A stretch of DNA of 64,000 nucleotides from Candidatus Saccharimonadales bacterium (GTDB taxonomy: Bacteria > Patescibacteriota > Saccharimonadia > Saccharimonadales > EFPC-124), in assembly GCA_035280845.1 (NCBI GenBank), contig DATEFB010000025.1, positions 740 to 64,739 on the forward strand, in the 5' to 3' direction. Shown piece by piece: positions 8,417 through 17,811 of the stretch; within the stretch, counting starts at the first letter, position 1, and each line of letters begins with the position of its first letter. The translations under genes and the position numbers were made by a program. The notes beneath the pieces are model-generated. The model ran no database searches and had not been told where the DNA came from. It saw nothing but the letters and a program-made list of their open reading frames with translations.

Positions 8417-10137
8417 GCAGCGGCTTGTTGCAGTGCGGTGTAAATCTGGGTGGGCTGTAGTTTTTCGTCCCAGGCCGTGCGTGTTTTAAACGTCGGGTTG
8501 GTGAGGTTGGCGTTGTGCACGTATGGGCCGCCAATTCCCCACATGGTGTAGCCAGAAATGTTTGGGTGCCGGATCGCAAAGCGCAGCATATCGCCAAATT
8601 GCCTGGCTTGTTCGGCGCGGCCTGCGTTTGCGGTAACGTCCATTTCCGAGATGCGCACCTTTACGCCAATCGCTGCCAATTCGTTAACGCGACGTTCCAG
8701 CACCTCGAGGTTGGCACGGTCGCGGGGGCTCTCGAGCACGTGAGCCTGTAAGCCAATGCCATCGAGCCTGATGCCGCGGGATTTAACGTCTTTGGCAATG
8801 GCAAGCAGGGCCTGGAAGCGTTCTTCGTCGGCGGTATTGGCTTTGTCCCAGCCGTATTCGTTCATCCATAGCTCGGCTTGCGGGTCGGTTTGGTGAGCGG
8901 TTTGCAGTGCGATTGGGATATATTCTTTTCCCATGCCGGTGAGCCACGGGCTCAGGCGCATCTGGCCGGAGTAGTTGGCGAGAGGCTCGTTAATAACATC
9001 AACGCCTTTTACGCGGCCTTTGGTGTGGCCCATAACTGCTTTGATGTGGTCGGTCATCACCTGTTTGGCGCGGTCGGCTGGCAATTCCTTTGCCCAGTCA
9101 GGAAGCTCGTTGTGCCAGACCATGGTGTGTAGCCAGACGTCTTTTTTGTGGCGGCCTGCAAAGTCCATAAGCGCATCAAGCTCGCCAAACTCAAACTGGC
9201 CGGGCGCGGGCTGCACAAAGCGCATTTTGCCGGCGTTTTCTGTGGTGAAGTTATCAAATTCGCCCGCCAACAACGATGCGAAGCGGCGGTCGGCCGCAAT
9301 TGGGGCGAGTTTTGTAGCGGTGCCGAAGCCAAATTCTTTAGCACCGGCGACTTTGCGCTCAATGCGGCCAGCCAGGCCGTCGGCGCAGGGCTCGACTTCG
9401 AGGGTCGTGGTGTCGACCACCTCAACAGTGCCGCCATTTAATTCGCGCGCAGTCAGGCTGCCAACGTGCGCTGGTTTTTCTTTGGCGCCAAGTCCCAGCC
9501 ACACTTCGCCGCTGGCAAATACGTCGTCAAAATCATCGCCAACTGCTTGGTCGCCAATGTGTACAGATACGCGCCCATTCAGACGTTGAATAACCAGCTG
9601 CTTTTGGTGGTCACGGTCTGCTAAAGTAAACGGCCGCACAGCAGGCTTGTCGTGCTCGTTGCGCCAAAAGGTAACTTCGCCACCTGTTTCGGTAAGAGTC
9701 ACCCGTACGCCCGACGGAGATTGTACGAACCCATCGTACGAAAGGGTGACACCCTCTTTGGCGTGTAGTGAGAATTCGCCTCCAGCATCCAGCGTTACGT
9801 CTGCGCCCAGTGCAAAATCGCCCTGCACACCAAGCCGTGCGCCATAGACATTCATGGGCACGCCGTCTGTTTCGATTGGGCTTACGGTAAGGTGGCCGCC
9901 TTGCTTGCGCTCAACACCAGGGGTGTGCCAGTTGTAGTTTGTCAGTTCAGCTTCGGGAGAGGCTTCGTGGCGTTCAACGCCTGCCTTGGTGTCGCCGCAA
10001 CCGTCAATTGGCGAGGGGCGTTCGTCTGTATCGCAGCCGGTTGCATAGGCTAGGACGCCAGCGCCAAAACCGGCAAGTGCGGTGCGGCGACGTAGAGGGC
10101 GGTCCCAGAATGAAGGTCGTTCGGTCGGTTCGGTCAT
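8413..10137 (-). CDS. Glycoside hydrolase family 10 (xylanase-type) lipoprotein with an unknown beta-rich N-terminal domain
   Basis: Tat-like RRRTALAGFGAGVLAYATGC signal/lipobox. GH10 motifs TTENAGKMRF, WLHTMVWHNELPDW, VDVINEPL (acid/base), IGLQAHV, ISEMDV (nucleophile). Confidence 0.8.
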   Translation of the reverse strand: MTEPTERPSFWDRPLRRRTALAGFGAGVLAYATGCDTDERPSPIDGCGDTKAGVERHEASPEAELTNYNWHTPGVERKQGGHLTVSPIETDGVPMNVYGARLGVQGDFALGADVTLDAGGEFSLHAKEGVTLSYDGFVQSPSGVRVTLTETGGEVTFWRNEHDKPAVRPFTLADRDHQKQLVIQRLNGRVSVHIGDQAVGDDFDDVFASGEVWLGLGAKEKPAHVGSLTARELNGGTVEVVDTTTLEVEPCADGLAGRIERKVAGAKEFGFGTATKLAPIAADRRFASLLAGEFDNFTTENAGKMRFVQPAPGQFEFGELDALMDFAGRHKKDVWLHTMVWHNELPDWAKELPADRAKQVMTDHIKAVMGHTKGRVKGVDVINEPLANYSGQMRLSPWLTGMGKEYIPIALQTAHQTDPQAELWMNEYGWDKANTADEERFQALLAIAKDVKSRGIRLDGIGLQAHVLESPRDRANLEVLERRVNELAAIGVKVRISEMDVTANAGRAEQARQFGDMLRFAIRHPNISGYTMWGIGGPYVHNANLTNPTFKTRTAWDEKLQPTQIYTALQQAAA

Positions 10138-10297
10138 TGGTTCTCCTCGTGGTGTTTGTAAGTCTTACAACCTTATTATAATTATAGCAAAATTATGTTG
10201 GAGATACAGGTTTACAGGAGGACGTCGGCAAGGTTAAATAGTACTAATGGTTAACGTGCCGCCCGCAACACGGGGCGGCTAATAATATGGAGCCCGT

Positions 10298-11323
10298 ATG
10301 GAAGCCGAACCCACCACAGCAGCATTAACAGATCAACCTCAACCCGAAACCGCCTCCCCCGCTCCTGCCAAGCAAGAAGAAACAGACGTTTTTGCTTGGG
10401 CCAACAACCTGTTTTTGTACAAAGATAAACTTGATGTTGAATTGTTTTTGCTCAATAAGAACAATATTTTGTACCGCAGTAAATATGCCGAGACCCTAAA
10501 CCGTCAGCTTCATCCTTTATTTATTGACAGCATTTTGGAATACGTTATTACCGGCGCAGGCCAGGGCCTTGTTGTACGCGGGTTCGAAGCCGCCGAAAGC
10601 GAAGAAAACGTACTGCAAGTGACCGATGTTGCGAACGTCGAAAAGCTTGTAGAAGCTATGAGCTGGCTGGGCTCACAAGAAAAAGAAATGGAAACCTTCA
10701 ACGAAGAAGACCACGACTTAAAGCGCATGAAGGCAGTTGTTGCCCGCTGCACCCACCCGGACATGCCCGAGCCTTTTTACGTTATTAAGGCACTGTCACA
10801 GGCGACTGTCCTTAAGAATGTTGGCGCGTGGATGATTACTGGCAGTAAGTTCGAGGCCCTTGATGACGGCGCTGCCCTGCGCATCCCTGCCGATAACCAG
10901 CTGCTTGTTATCGGCGGCCAGCTATTTGTGTTTAATCAGAGCAAGCTTGAGCGGCTTTTTGGCTACAACGCAAAAAAGAACGCCATCGCCGAAAAGAAAG
11001 TCAGGCAGATTGAGGCTAACTTCCAGCTGAGCTTCGCCGACGAGCAAACCCTACAGAGCATGGTCAAAGAAAGCAAATCGGTAATTACTAAACTGCAAAA
11101 GCTTGATCCAAGCCAGGTAAAGCAGGAAGATTTGTTGAATCATGCTGAAGAAATGGGTATCGAGCTCATGCAAGACGAAGCAGGCGCCATTATTATTATG
11201 AATGCCGCCGACCTGAGCAAATTTGTGAATCTGTTAAATGACGATTATGTTGAGTCTAACCTGACTGGTCTGCGGTACGAGATTAAGAGCAAGAAGCTCC
11301 TTAAGCCGTCTGAGGAGGATTAG
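10298..11323 (+). CDS. DUF4868/KwaB-like protein (Kiwa defence component B-like), with no KwaA partner
   Basis: Size (341 aa) and remembered family features: LLVIGGQLFVFNQSKLERLFGY and the C-terminal FVNLLNDDYVESNLTGLRYEI. GGAG lies 5 nt upstream of the ATG. The call is from memory only, not from an HMM. Confidence 0.5.
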   Translation: MEAEPTTAALTDQPQPETASPAPAKQEETDVFAWANNLFLYKDKLDVELFLLNKNNILYRSKYAETLNRQLHPLFIDSILEYVITGAGQGLVVRGFEAAESEENVLQVTDVANVEKLVEAMSWLGSQEKEMETFNEEDHDLKRMKAVVARCTHPDMPEPFYVIKALSQATVLKNVGAWMITGSKFEALDDGAALRIPADNQLLVIGGQLFVFNQSKLERLFGYNAKKNAIAEKKVRQIEANFQLSFADEQTLQSMVKESKSVITKLQKLDPSQVKQEDLLNHAEEMGIELMQDEAGAIIIMNAADLSKFVNLLNDDYVESNLTGLRYEIKSKKLLKPSEED

Positions 11324-11756
11324 GCGATTGACCCTCGGTTTGTGCCGGGGCCGTCGGATTTGGCGCAGAGTCATCACTAATAAAATCACGAATCATGCCA
11401 ATGATTTCGTCTAAGCGATATTCGGCCTTCAGAATATATTTTTTAGCGCCTAAGCCAAGCATATTATGAACTTTCTCGGGGCTGGCAGAATTGCTCACAA
11501 CCAACACGGGGATTTTCTCCCACTTCGGATTGTTTTTAATCTCTTGCATGAAGGCTAGGCCATTCATGTCTTTAAGATAATAATCTAGCCAGATCGCGTC
11601 GGGCAGTTCGTCAATATTGTTCAGATAGTCTACTGCCTGTTGCCCGCTCGAACACGATAGAACGTCCATCTCGGAGATTTTCAGTTTTTTTGTAATGGCT
11701 TGAAGCAATAAGACTTCATCTTCTACGACCATGATTGTTGGGTTTTGCTTTGACAT
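11301..11756 (-). CDS. Receiver-only response regulator with a low-complexity Pro/Gln-rich tail
   Basis: IMVVEDEVLL...IWLDYYLKDMNG...VLVVSN...K. The convergent 23-nt overlap with the DUF4868-like gene falls in its low-complexity tail. Confidence 0.85.
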   Translation of the reverse strand: MSKQNPTIMVVEDEVLLLQAITKKLKISEMDVLSCSSGQQAVDYLNNIDELPDAIWLDYYLKDMNGLAFMQEIKNNPKWEKIPVLVVSNSASPEKVHNMLGLGAKKYILKAEYRLDEIIGMIRDFISDDSAPNPTAPAQTEGQSPNPPQTA

Positions 11757-11775
11757 ATATTTAGTGTAGCATCCT

Positions 11776-12135
11776 CTATGCTTTAGTGTTGACCGTCTGT
11801 TGGTTGGCTTCGTGACGTATAAGTTCTGTAAGAAGTGACTCGGAGATACGCTTGCGCAATTCTTCTTTGGTGAAGGTGCGAAGAGGTTCTTTGGTCGTCA
11901 GGTACTGCTCCAGTTGCAAGTAAACGCCTAGTAAGCGTTTGTCGTCCTGTGGTGATGGCCGTTCGCTGGGCTTGAGGGTTGCGGTGATCTCGCGGACGGT
12001 ATCGAGGATTGGCCCGATCTCGAGCTGGTTTGAAGCAAGTCCGGATGCATACGTTACAAGGTCGAGTGGCGTGTTGGCGCCACTTTCTGCGGAATGCTGC
12101 TGTTTACTGCCTAGGAGTGAGCTAAAGAAAGACAT
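11776..12135 (-). CDS. Hypothetical protein
   Basis: ORF in an operon with neighbours. I chose the ATG at 12135 (AGGAG 10 nt upstream) because the longer ORF-track start would overlap the upstream gene. Confidence 0.5.
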   Translation of the reverse strand: MSFFSSLLGSKQQHSAESGANTPLDLVTYASGLASNQLEIGPILDTVREITATLKPSERPSPQDDKRLLGVYLQLEQYLTTKEPLRTFTKEELRKRISESLLTELIRHEANQQTVNTKA

Positions 12136-12139
12136 TGGC

Positions 12140-12940
12140 CTAATACTCCTTCGTTTTGTAAAACATATAGCCTGCTTTAACGTAAATCGAGGCAGTAGCA
12201 AGGGTGAGGATATCGGTAGTGATGTCTAGCCTGTTGCCGTCGCCAAGGAAAAAAATACCAAACAGGACCGTGCCGATAATAGTTGCACTTCCGCTCAGCC
12301 CAAGTGCCAGCCATGCTGCAGCGTGGACATAGTGCGCACCGAGCTGGCGGCGAGCTTTGAGCATGATGAGCGCGGCGGTTAGGTAGAAGAAGCCCGTCCA
12401 AAGCAGAACGCTGTTTGAGACGTCAAAAGCGACTTCGGTCTGACTAATCGCTGCATGCGGCAGGAACGACGAAAGTGTAATGAGTACCACTACGGCTGGC
12501 AGTACCACAGAAGCTTTGGCCAGGATTGTTTGTACACCGACGAGCTTTGCAAAGCCGCGGGCGCCAATGTAAACTCCTAGGCCTGCAACAAGGAACGGTA
12601 GCGTAATAAGGCCGCTGACGGCCCATGCAGAATTCATGAGGCCCAACGCGTCGAGTAGCGGTAATTGCAGTGTGCCAAGCGCGGTTAGTACGATAGAAAA
12701 CGCGATTATGCCATACGCGAATCGTAGCTCTGCCTTGTAGGCCCCTAAGCTCATGACAAACAACACAGCTGCGCTCATATGGAGCACTGCCGCTACGGTG
12801 GATCCGGCAAGTGCTAGGTGAAAGTCGACTGCCGCACCTTGCCAAGTGGAGGGTAGCGGCAACATAAGCGCGCCTATTATTGCTGCGGTCGACACAATAA
12901 TTGTCCCTAAGAGTACTTTGATTGCCGGACTCATATCCAT
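12140..12940 (-). CDS. Polytopic membrane protein (about 8 predicted TM helices), unknown function
   Basis: Continuous run of hydrophobic segments, sitting between the HK and a hypothetical gene in the same strand cluster. Confidence 0.6.
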   Translation of the reverse strand: MDMSPAIKVLLGTIIVSTAAIIGALMLPLPSTWQGAAVDFHLALAGSTVAAVLHMSAAVLFVMSLGAYKAELRFAYGIIAFSIVLTALGTLQLPLLDALGLMNSAWAVSGLITLPFLVAGLGVYIGARGFAKLVGVQTILAKASVVLPAVVVLITLSSFLPHAAISQTEVAFDVSNSVLLWTGFFYLTAALIMLKARRQLGAHYVHAAAWLALGLSGSATIIGTVLFGIFFLGDGNRLDITTDILTLATASIYVKAGYMFYKTKEY

Positions 12941-12976
12941 CCCTCATTTACTAGTTGCGTTTCATCCAATGTGATT

Positions 12977-14896
12977 TTAGGCATCGAGTGTCACCTCTCC
13001 TTCTTTGGGTTTCATGCCACTCAGGGGGATGGTGAACCAGAAGCTGGTACCCTTGTTTTCTTCGCTTTCGAACCATATCTTGCCACCAGAAGATTCCACA
13101 ATGGCCTTAATAAGGTAGAGACCGAGTCCGGTGCCGTCGGTTTCGACTTTCGCAACATTTTCGGCGCGGAAAAACTTCTGGAAGATTCGTGCTTGCTGCG
13201 CTTTCGGAATACCATATCCGTTGTCGGTGACCTGAGAAATCACGTCATCTCCCTTTTTGGAGACAAATACCGATATCTCACCCTTTTTCGGCGTATACTT
13301 TACAGCGTTTGTCAGCAGGTTCAAATATACTTGACCAATCAGTCGTGGGTCGAGGTTTATTTTTGGCATGTCCGGGTGCACGCTAATAACTAGTGTTTGC
13401 TCACGTTCTTCGGTTTTAGCTTTCAGGTCGTTCACAATGCCAGTAATGAGTTCTTGAAGGTCGGTCGGGTGTGGGTCAACGATGATGCGACCTGACTCAA
13501 TGCGCGAGATGTTAAGGAGCGAGTTTACCAAATCAACCATGCGGTCGGTCGAATCTGCAATATTTTTTGTAAAATCCATCTGTTCCGGCGTGAGTTTGCC
13601 GGCGTCGCCGTTCATCAGCATTTCGCTGAACCATTTAATAGCCGAAAGTGGCGTGCGTAATTGGTGCGAAGCCAGCGAGATGAACTCGGTCTTCATGCGG
13701 TCCACCTCCTTTTCTTTAGTGACATCTCGGAGAATCAGGATGGCGCCGCCTACTTTGTTCTCCAACTTAACTGGGCTGGAAGCGATGTTAAGAAGCACTG
13801 TGCGCTTATCGGATGTGTGGTATCCGTACGCCTGATTGATTGCTTCGCCGCTCTGCAAGGTGAGGCTGCTTGGTAGCTCGCCTGGGGCAAGTAGCTTTCC
13901 TCCCTGACTGAACAGCGTGATAGCGCCAGCGAGGCTTTTGCCGGTGACAGCTTGTTTGTTTTCAATATGTAACATTTCTGCGGCAACTGAGTTTATGAGC
14001 ACAATATTGCCCTTGGCATCCAGTGCGACCATGCCTTCGTTCATGCTTTCAAGCAGGATCTCGTCGCGCTCTTTTTCGAGAGCCAGACGTGAGTACGACG
14101 CCCGCAAGCTGGCAGACATTTGGTTGAACGAGCGGGCTAAATCGCCCAACTCATCTTGTGATTTAATTTCTATCTGGCTGCTAAAATCGCCGCCAGCAAT
14201 CCGTGCCGAACCTACTCTCAGCTTTTTAATGTTGCGAGCGACGCCAATAGAAATTACTAAACCTACGCCGATCGCGAAAATGCTGCCCGCACTTGCCGTA
14301 AGGAGTGCCGCAAGAGCGATCTGATCGACTTGCGCGTCTGCCCTAGCGTCATCGGTGCGTATGGTTTGCAGGTCCTGCTCGATATTTTCGGTAAGTGTTG
14401 CTTGGAGCGTGGTCTCTGCCGTGTGAAGCTCTGCCTCTTTTGCTGCTATCTGGCTGGCCTGCGCCTGTTGCTCCTTAAGGGCGATGAGTTCGAAAACGGC
14501 ATTGACCGTACGTTCCTTCGCCGCGCTAATCGTTTTGAATCCTGCCAATATTTCATTTTTTTCATGACCACGGCCTCGATTGACGAGGATAACGTAGTCT
14601 TTCTCTTGATCGGTCAATTTATCCAGATGAGCAAGCAACGCATTCTTGCGTGTTTCTGCTTCGGCTCCTCTGGTAAGGCCTTGGTAGGCAGTGGTTTCTT
14701 TATCAATCCTAACGGCCGTGACGCGCATTGACTGCAATGTAACAAGACGTGGTAAATGATCATCCATAATATCCGAGAATGAATCGTGAATGCGGCCTAT
14801 GGCCTGTACGTTAAAATAGCTCAGCATAATAACCAGTATCGCGGTTATAGCGAAGGCGCCAATAAGTTTTATTTTTATTGATTTGTTCTTGAACAC
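12977..14896 (-). CDS. Sensor histidine kinase (TM, extracytoplasmic helical region, HAMP, PAS, HisKA, HATPase_c)
   Basis: HAMP-like RIAGGDFSSQIEIKSQDELGDLARSFNQM. H-box FISLASHQLRTP, N-box LLTNAVKYT, G-boxes DNGYGI and GTGLGLYLIKAIV. Confidence 0.9.
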   Translation of the reverse strand: MFKNKSIKIKLIGAFAITAILVIMLSYFNVQAIGRIHDSFSDIMDDHLPRLVTLQSMRVTAVRIDKETTAYQGLTRGAEAETRKNALLAHLDKLTDQEKDYVILVNRGRGHEKNEILAGFKTISAAKERTVNAVFELIALKEQQAQASQIAAKEAELHTAETTLQATLTENIEQDLQTIRTDDARADAQVDQIALAALLTASAGSIFAIGVGLVISIGVARNIKKLRVGSARIAGGDFSSQIEIKSQDELGDLARSFNQMSASLRASYSRLALEKERDEILLESMNEGMVALDAKGNIVLINSVAAEMLHIENKQAVTGKSLAGAITLFSQGGKLLAPGELPSSLTLQSGEAINQAYGYHTSDKRTVLLNIASSPVKLENKVGGAILILRDVTKEKEVDRMKTEFISLASHQLRTPLSAIKWFSEMLMNGDAGKLTPEQMDFTKNIADSTDRMVDLVNSLLNISRIESGRIIVDPHPTDLQELITGIVNDLKAKTEEREQTLVISVHPDMPKINLDPRLIGQVYLNLLTNAVKYTPKKGEISVFVSKKGDDVISQVTDNGYGIPKAQQARIFQKFFRAENVAKVETDGTGLGLYLIKAIVESSGGKIWFESEENKGTSFWFTIPLSGMKPKEGEVTLDA

Positions 14897-14899
14897 TTT

Positions 14900-16135
14900 T
14901 TACTCCTGCCAGACTTTCAAAACTTGATTGCCCACAGCAGATCCGAGTGTCGCACCTGCGGCGTTATCTGTCGGAAAATGAATGCCCCCAGCTGAACGCG
15001 AGTCGCTCGCTTCTGTGGCGAGCCGGCTCCACTCCTGCTGGTTGTCGGGTAAGTATTTATTTAGTACGGTCGCTGCGGCCCACGATATGCTAGCGTGACC
15101 GGCGGGATAGCTGGGGTGGTTGGGGGTAGGCATAATCGTCACAATAGAACTGTCGAGCATATTCGGGCGCTTGTATTGGTAGAAATATTTAGAATCAAAC
15201 ACAGCAATGACAGCGTCGGCCATTGAGATTGTAGTGAGCGCCCTGACTTCGAGGTACGTATCAAGAGGTACTGACTTTTCTTGCATGTAGTCGGTGGCTA
15301 AGGCTAGCCAAATGCCGGGTGGCGTGCGCGTGCCGGGCCCGCCTGCCCACTTAATAACAATGGCCTTTTGGTCATTCGTGGCGCTGGCGACCCTTTGTTT
15401 AAGCGCTGTTAATTGCTGCTGTAGTTCGGCAGAGTTTGCAGCAATCGGTGGTGCTGACCTAAACTGGCTGGCCGAGGTCAGGAACCATGGCTTAAATGAT
15501 GGCGCGCTCAACCCGACTTGCATTGCCGGTCCGTTCCAATACTGAGCCCCAGGCTTAAGCGCTGTTGGCTTGGTTTGGGCGTTGTCTTCTGTGATGCGCG
15601 CTTTAACCTTCGCCATAACGGCATCGGATAGGGCTGTGGCATAGGCATCATTGTTGGTTGTGACTAGGCTACCGCAGCTGTCAGGGTAAAATTCGCATAA
15701 CACATTTTTAGAGATTAGTTCTACGCTTCCGGCAAATGTTTTGTGCGCCTTATAAGAAAGTGCTGCGGCGTCCAGTTGTGCGACACTCAGATAGGCGTAG
15801 ACCTTAGAGGCATCAACATCGATGGTGCCGTGATGGCCAATGAGCTCGTAGGTCTTGTCTTCCCATTTTTGTACTTCGCTTATAGTAATCTCCCCAGTTG
15901 GCGTCAGGCCACGCAGCGTATCGGCCACCTGTTGGTCGTAGGTAAAGAAGGTGCGTATCGATGACTGCACCTCTTTTGGCTTAAAAAAGAGCAAGTACAC
16001 GGCAACGCTTGCTGCCAGCGTGATACCGGCAGCAACGGCCAGCAACGCAATCGTCCGGCCTGTAGGTTTTTTGTGTTCTGGCTGAGTGACGTCTGGTGGT
16101 GGGCCAGGTTGGGTAATAATATTGTCTGGTTGCAT
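14900..16135 (-). CDS. Membrane-anchored PAP2-superfamily protein (acid phosphatase / vanadium-haloperoxidase-like)
   Basis: N-terminal TM anchor. PAP2 signature K-x6-RP (KYFYQYKRP), P(A/S)GH (YPAGHAS), SR-x5-H-x3-D (SRSAGGIHFPTD). Confidence 0.75.
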   Translation of the reverse strand: MQPDNIITQPGPPPDVTQPEHKKPTGRTIALLAVAAGITLAASVAVYLLFFKPKEVQSSIRTFFTYDQQVADTLRGLTPTGEITISEVQKWEDKTYELIGHHGTIDVDASKVYAYLSVAQLDAAALSYKAHKTFAGSVELISKNVLCEFYPDSCGSLVTTNNDAYATALSDAVMAKVKARITEDNAQTKPTALKPGAQYWNGPAMQVGLSAPSFKPWFLTSASQFRSAPPIAANSAELQQQLTALKQRVASATNDQKAIVIKWAGGPGTRTPPGIWLALATDYMQEKSVPLDTYLEVRALTTISMADAVIAVFDSKYFYQYKRPNMLDSSIVTIMPTPNHPSYPAGHASISWAAATVLNKYLPDNQQEWSRLATEASDSRSAGGIHFPTDNAAGATLGSAVGNQVLKVWQE

Positions 16136-17811
16136 TATGCCACCTCCTCTTTTTTTGACATGATGGCTAGGGGCAAGAGTACAGAAAACGTACTTCCCTT
16201 GCCCTCTTCAGATTCGAAACGTATTCTGCCGCCAACATATTCGGTGATTGTCTTTACGATATACAGCCCGAGCCCGGTGCCGTCGGTGTCCTGGTGCTTG
16301 ACGTTTGTGGCGCGGAATAACTTGGTGAATATTTTTGATTGCTCATCAATTGGTACGCCCATGCCGGTATCGGCTACTTCTATAAGCAGATTGTCTCCAG
16401 ACGAGTCGTTAAGCTTCTCGCCACTCTTTTTAATGGTAATTGTCACTGTGCCGTTTTTGGGCGTGTATTTAAATGCATTTGTAATCAAATTCTGCAGGAT
16501 TGTCTTCATGACGTTCGGATCCAACGATTCGGTGGGCAATGCGGGGTCGTAGTGCTCTTTGATATGCAGAATCTTGTCAGCCGGAAGTGTATCTAGTAGT
16601 TGCTCGAGTATTTGCCGGCATAATCTTGGCAAGTCCACAGGCTCAGGGTGTATCGGAAGGCTGCCAAGTTCCAGGCTTGAGGTTGTCAGCATTGCGTCTA
16701 CTAATGCCGCCATGCGCTTGTTGCTGTGATAGATTTGTTGGATATAATCGGCCTGCTCGGTTTTTAGCTTGCCGGCATCACCATGCATAAGTAACTCGCT
16801 CATCCAGGCAATTGCCGAGATTGGCGTGCGCAGTTGGTGTGACGCCAGCGTGACAAACTCGCTTTTGGCCCTGTCGATGGCACTTTCTTCGGTTATGTCA
16901 CGGAACGTGCCAATAGCTCCGCGCACTTTGCCGTCAACTACAATTGCTTTAGACGTAATATCGACAGCCAAGGCACTTTTATCATGACGCAAGTAGGTAG
17001 CTGGCCGTTTTGTGGATCTTTTCTCGTTTAGGGCGAGCCACATTGGGCGTTTGGTGTTTTTAACAGGCTTTCCCGCCGCATCAACCATTGGTATCGCATC
17101 AAAAAAGTTTTTACCAACGAGTTGGCCAGATTTCCAGCCGAGCAGATTTTCTCCGGCATGGCTAGCTAGGACGATCTTGCCACTGGCACTAAGTGCTACG
17201 ACCCCTTCGTCGATATTTTCGATAATCATCTCTGCCTTCAGTTTTTCTTCTACGGAAGCTTCCTGGCTTTTTAAGGTCTCGACGGCCATATTCTCGCGTG
17301 ACTGTTGGTAAGCGTAGATGCCAATAGTCACCACTAATAAGGTAATGAGCATTTGGCGGAGAGTAATAAACGAATAAGGAAGGGCCACGAGCGAGCGTTC
17401 TTGTAGCACCATGAAGATGAGGACGGCGCCAAGCAGGGCCGCCATCCACAGCAAGCCACCTTTTTTGCCTGCCAGGAAAAAGGCACTCACAGGGAACAGG
17501 AACAGCCAAAAGATACCCGTTCCTGCAGTTCCTCCAGTGGCGATCATGACGATTAGAAATGTCAGGATGCAAAGCAGTAACATATTGCGAGCAATCGCGA
17601 CATTATGGGTCACGTACAGCCCCACCATGATAAGGACTGCCACGAGTCCACCTATCACCTCGAGGATGCCAAGCCATGCATTGCCCTCGAGGATTTGTAG
17701 CGATCCAAAGCCAACCAGTGACAAGAAGGATAGAAGCGAGTAAATGTAGATGACGCGCGTTTGTTCAGTAACAAGTCTGTCGCCGGATGTGTGTTTAGGC
17801 ATACCGAACAT
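16135..17811 (-). CDS. Sensor histidine kinase (5-6 N-terminal TM helices, PAS, HisKA, HATPase_c)
   Basis: H-box FVTLASHQLRTP, N-box LITNAFKYT, G-boxes DTGMGV and GTGLGLYIVKTI. There is a 1-nt overlap with the PAP2 gene start. Confidence 0.9.
   Translation of the reverse strand: MFGMPKHTSGDRLVTEQTRVIYIYSLLSFLSLVGFGSLQILEGNAWLGILEVIGGLVAVLIMVGLYVTHNVAIARNMLLLCILTFLIVMIATGGTAGTGIFWLFLFPVSAFFLAGKKGGLLWMAALLGAVLIFMVLQERSLVALPYSFITLRQMLITLLVVTIGIYAYQQSRENMAVETLKSQEASVEEKLKAEMIIENIDEGVVALSASGKIVLASHAGENLLGWKSGQLVGKNFFDAIPMVDAAGKPVKNTKRPMWLALNEKRSTKRPATYLRHDKSALAVDITSKAIVVDGKVRGAIGTFRDITEESAIDRAKSEFVTLASHQLRTPISAIAWMSELLMHGDAGKLKTEQADYIQQIYHSNKRMAALVDAMLTTSSLELGSLPIHPEPVDLPRLCRQILEQLLDTLPADKILHIKEHYDPALPTESLDPNVMKTILQNLITNAFKYTPKNGTVTITIKKSGEKLNDSSGDNLLIEVADTGMGVPIDEQSKIFTKLFRATNVKHQDTDGTGLGLYIVKTITEYVGGRIRFESEEGKGSTFSVLLPLAIMSKKEEVA

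Noticed and set aside
10138-12940. A complete two-gene Kiwa system, with the 8-TM protein at 12140-12940 acting as KwaA.
   Set aside because: That membrane protein is on the opposite strand, two genes away. It is larger than KwaA and embedded in the HK operon. Only an orphan KwaB-like gene can be claimed.
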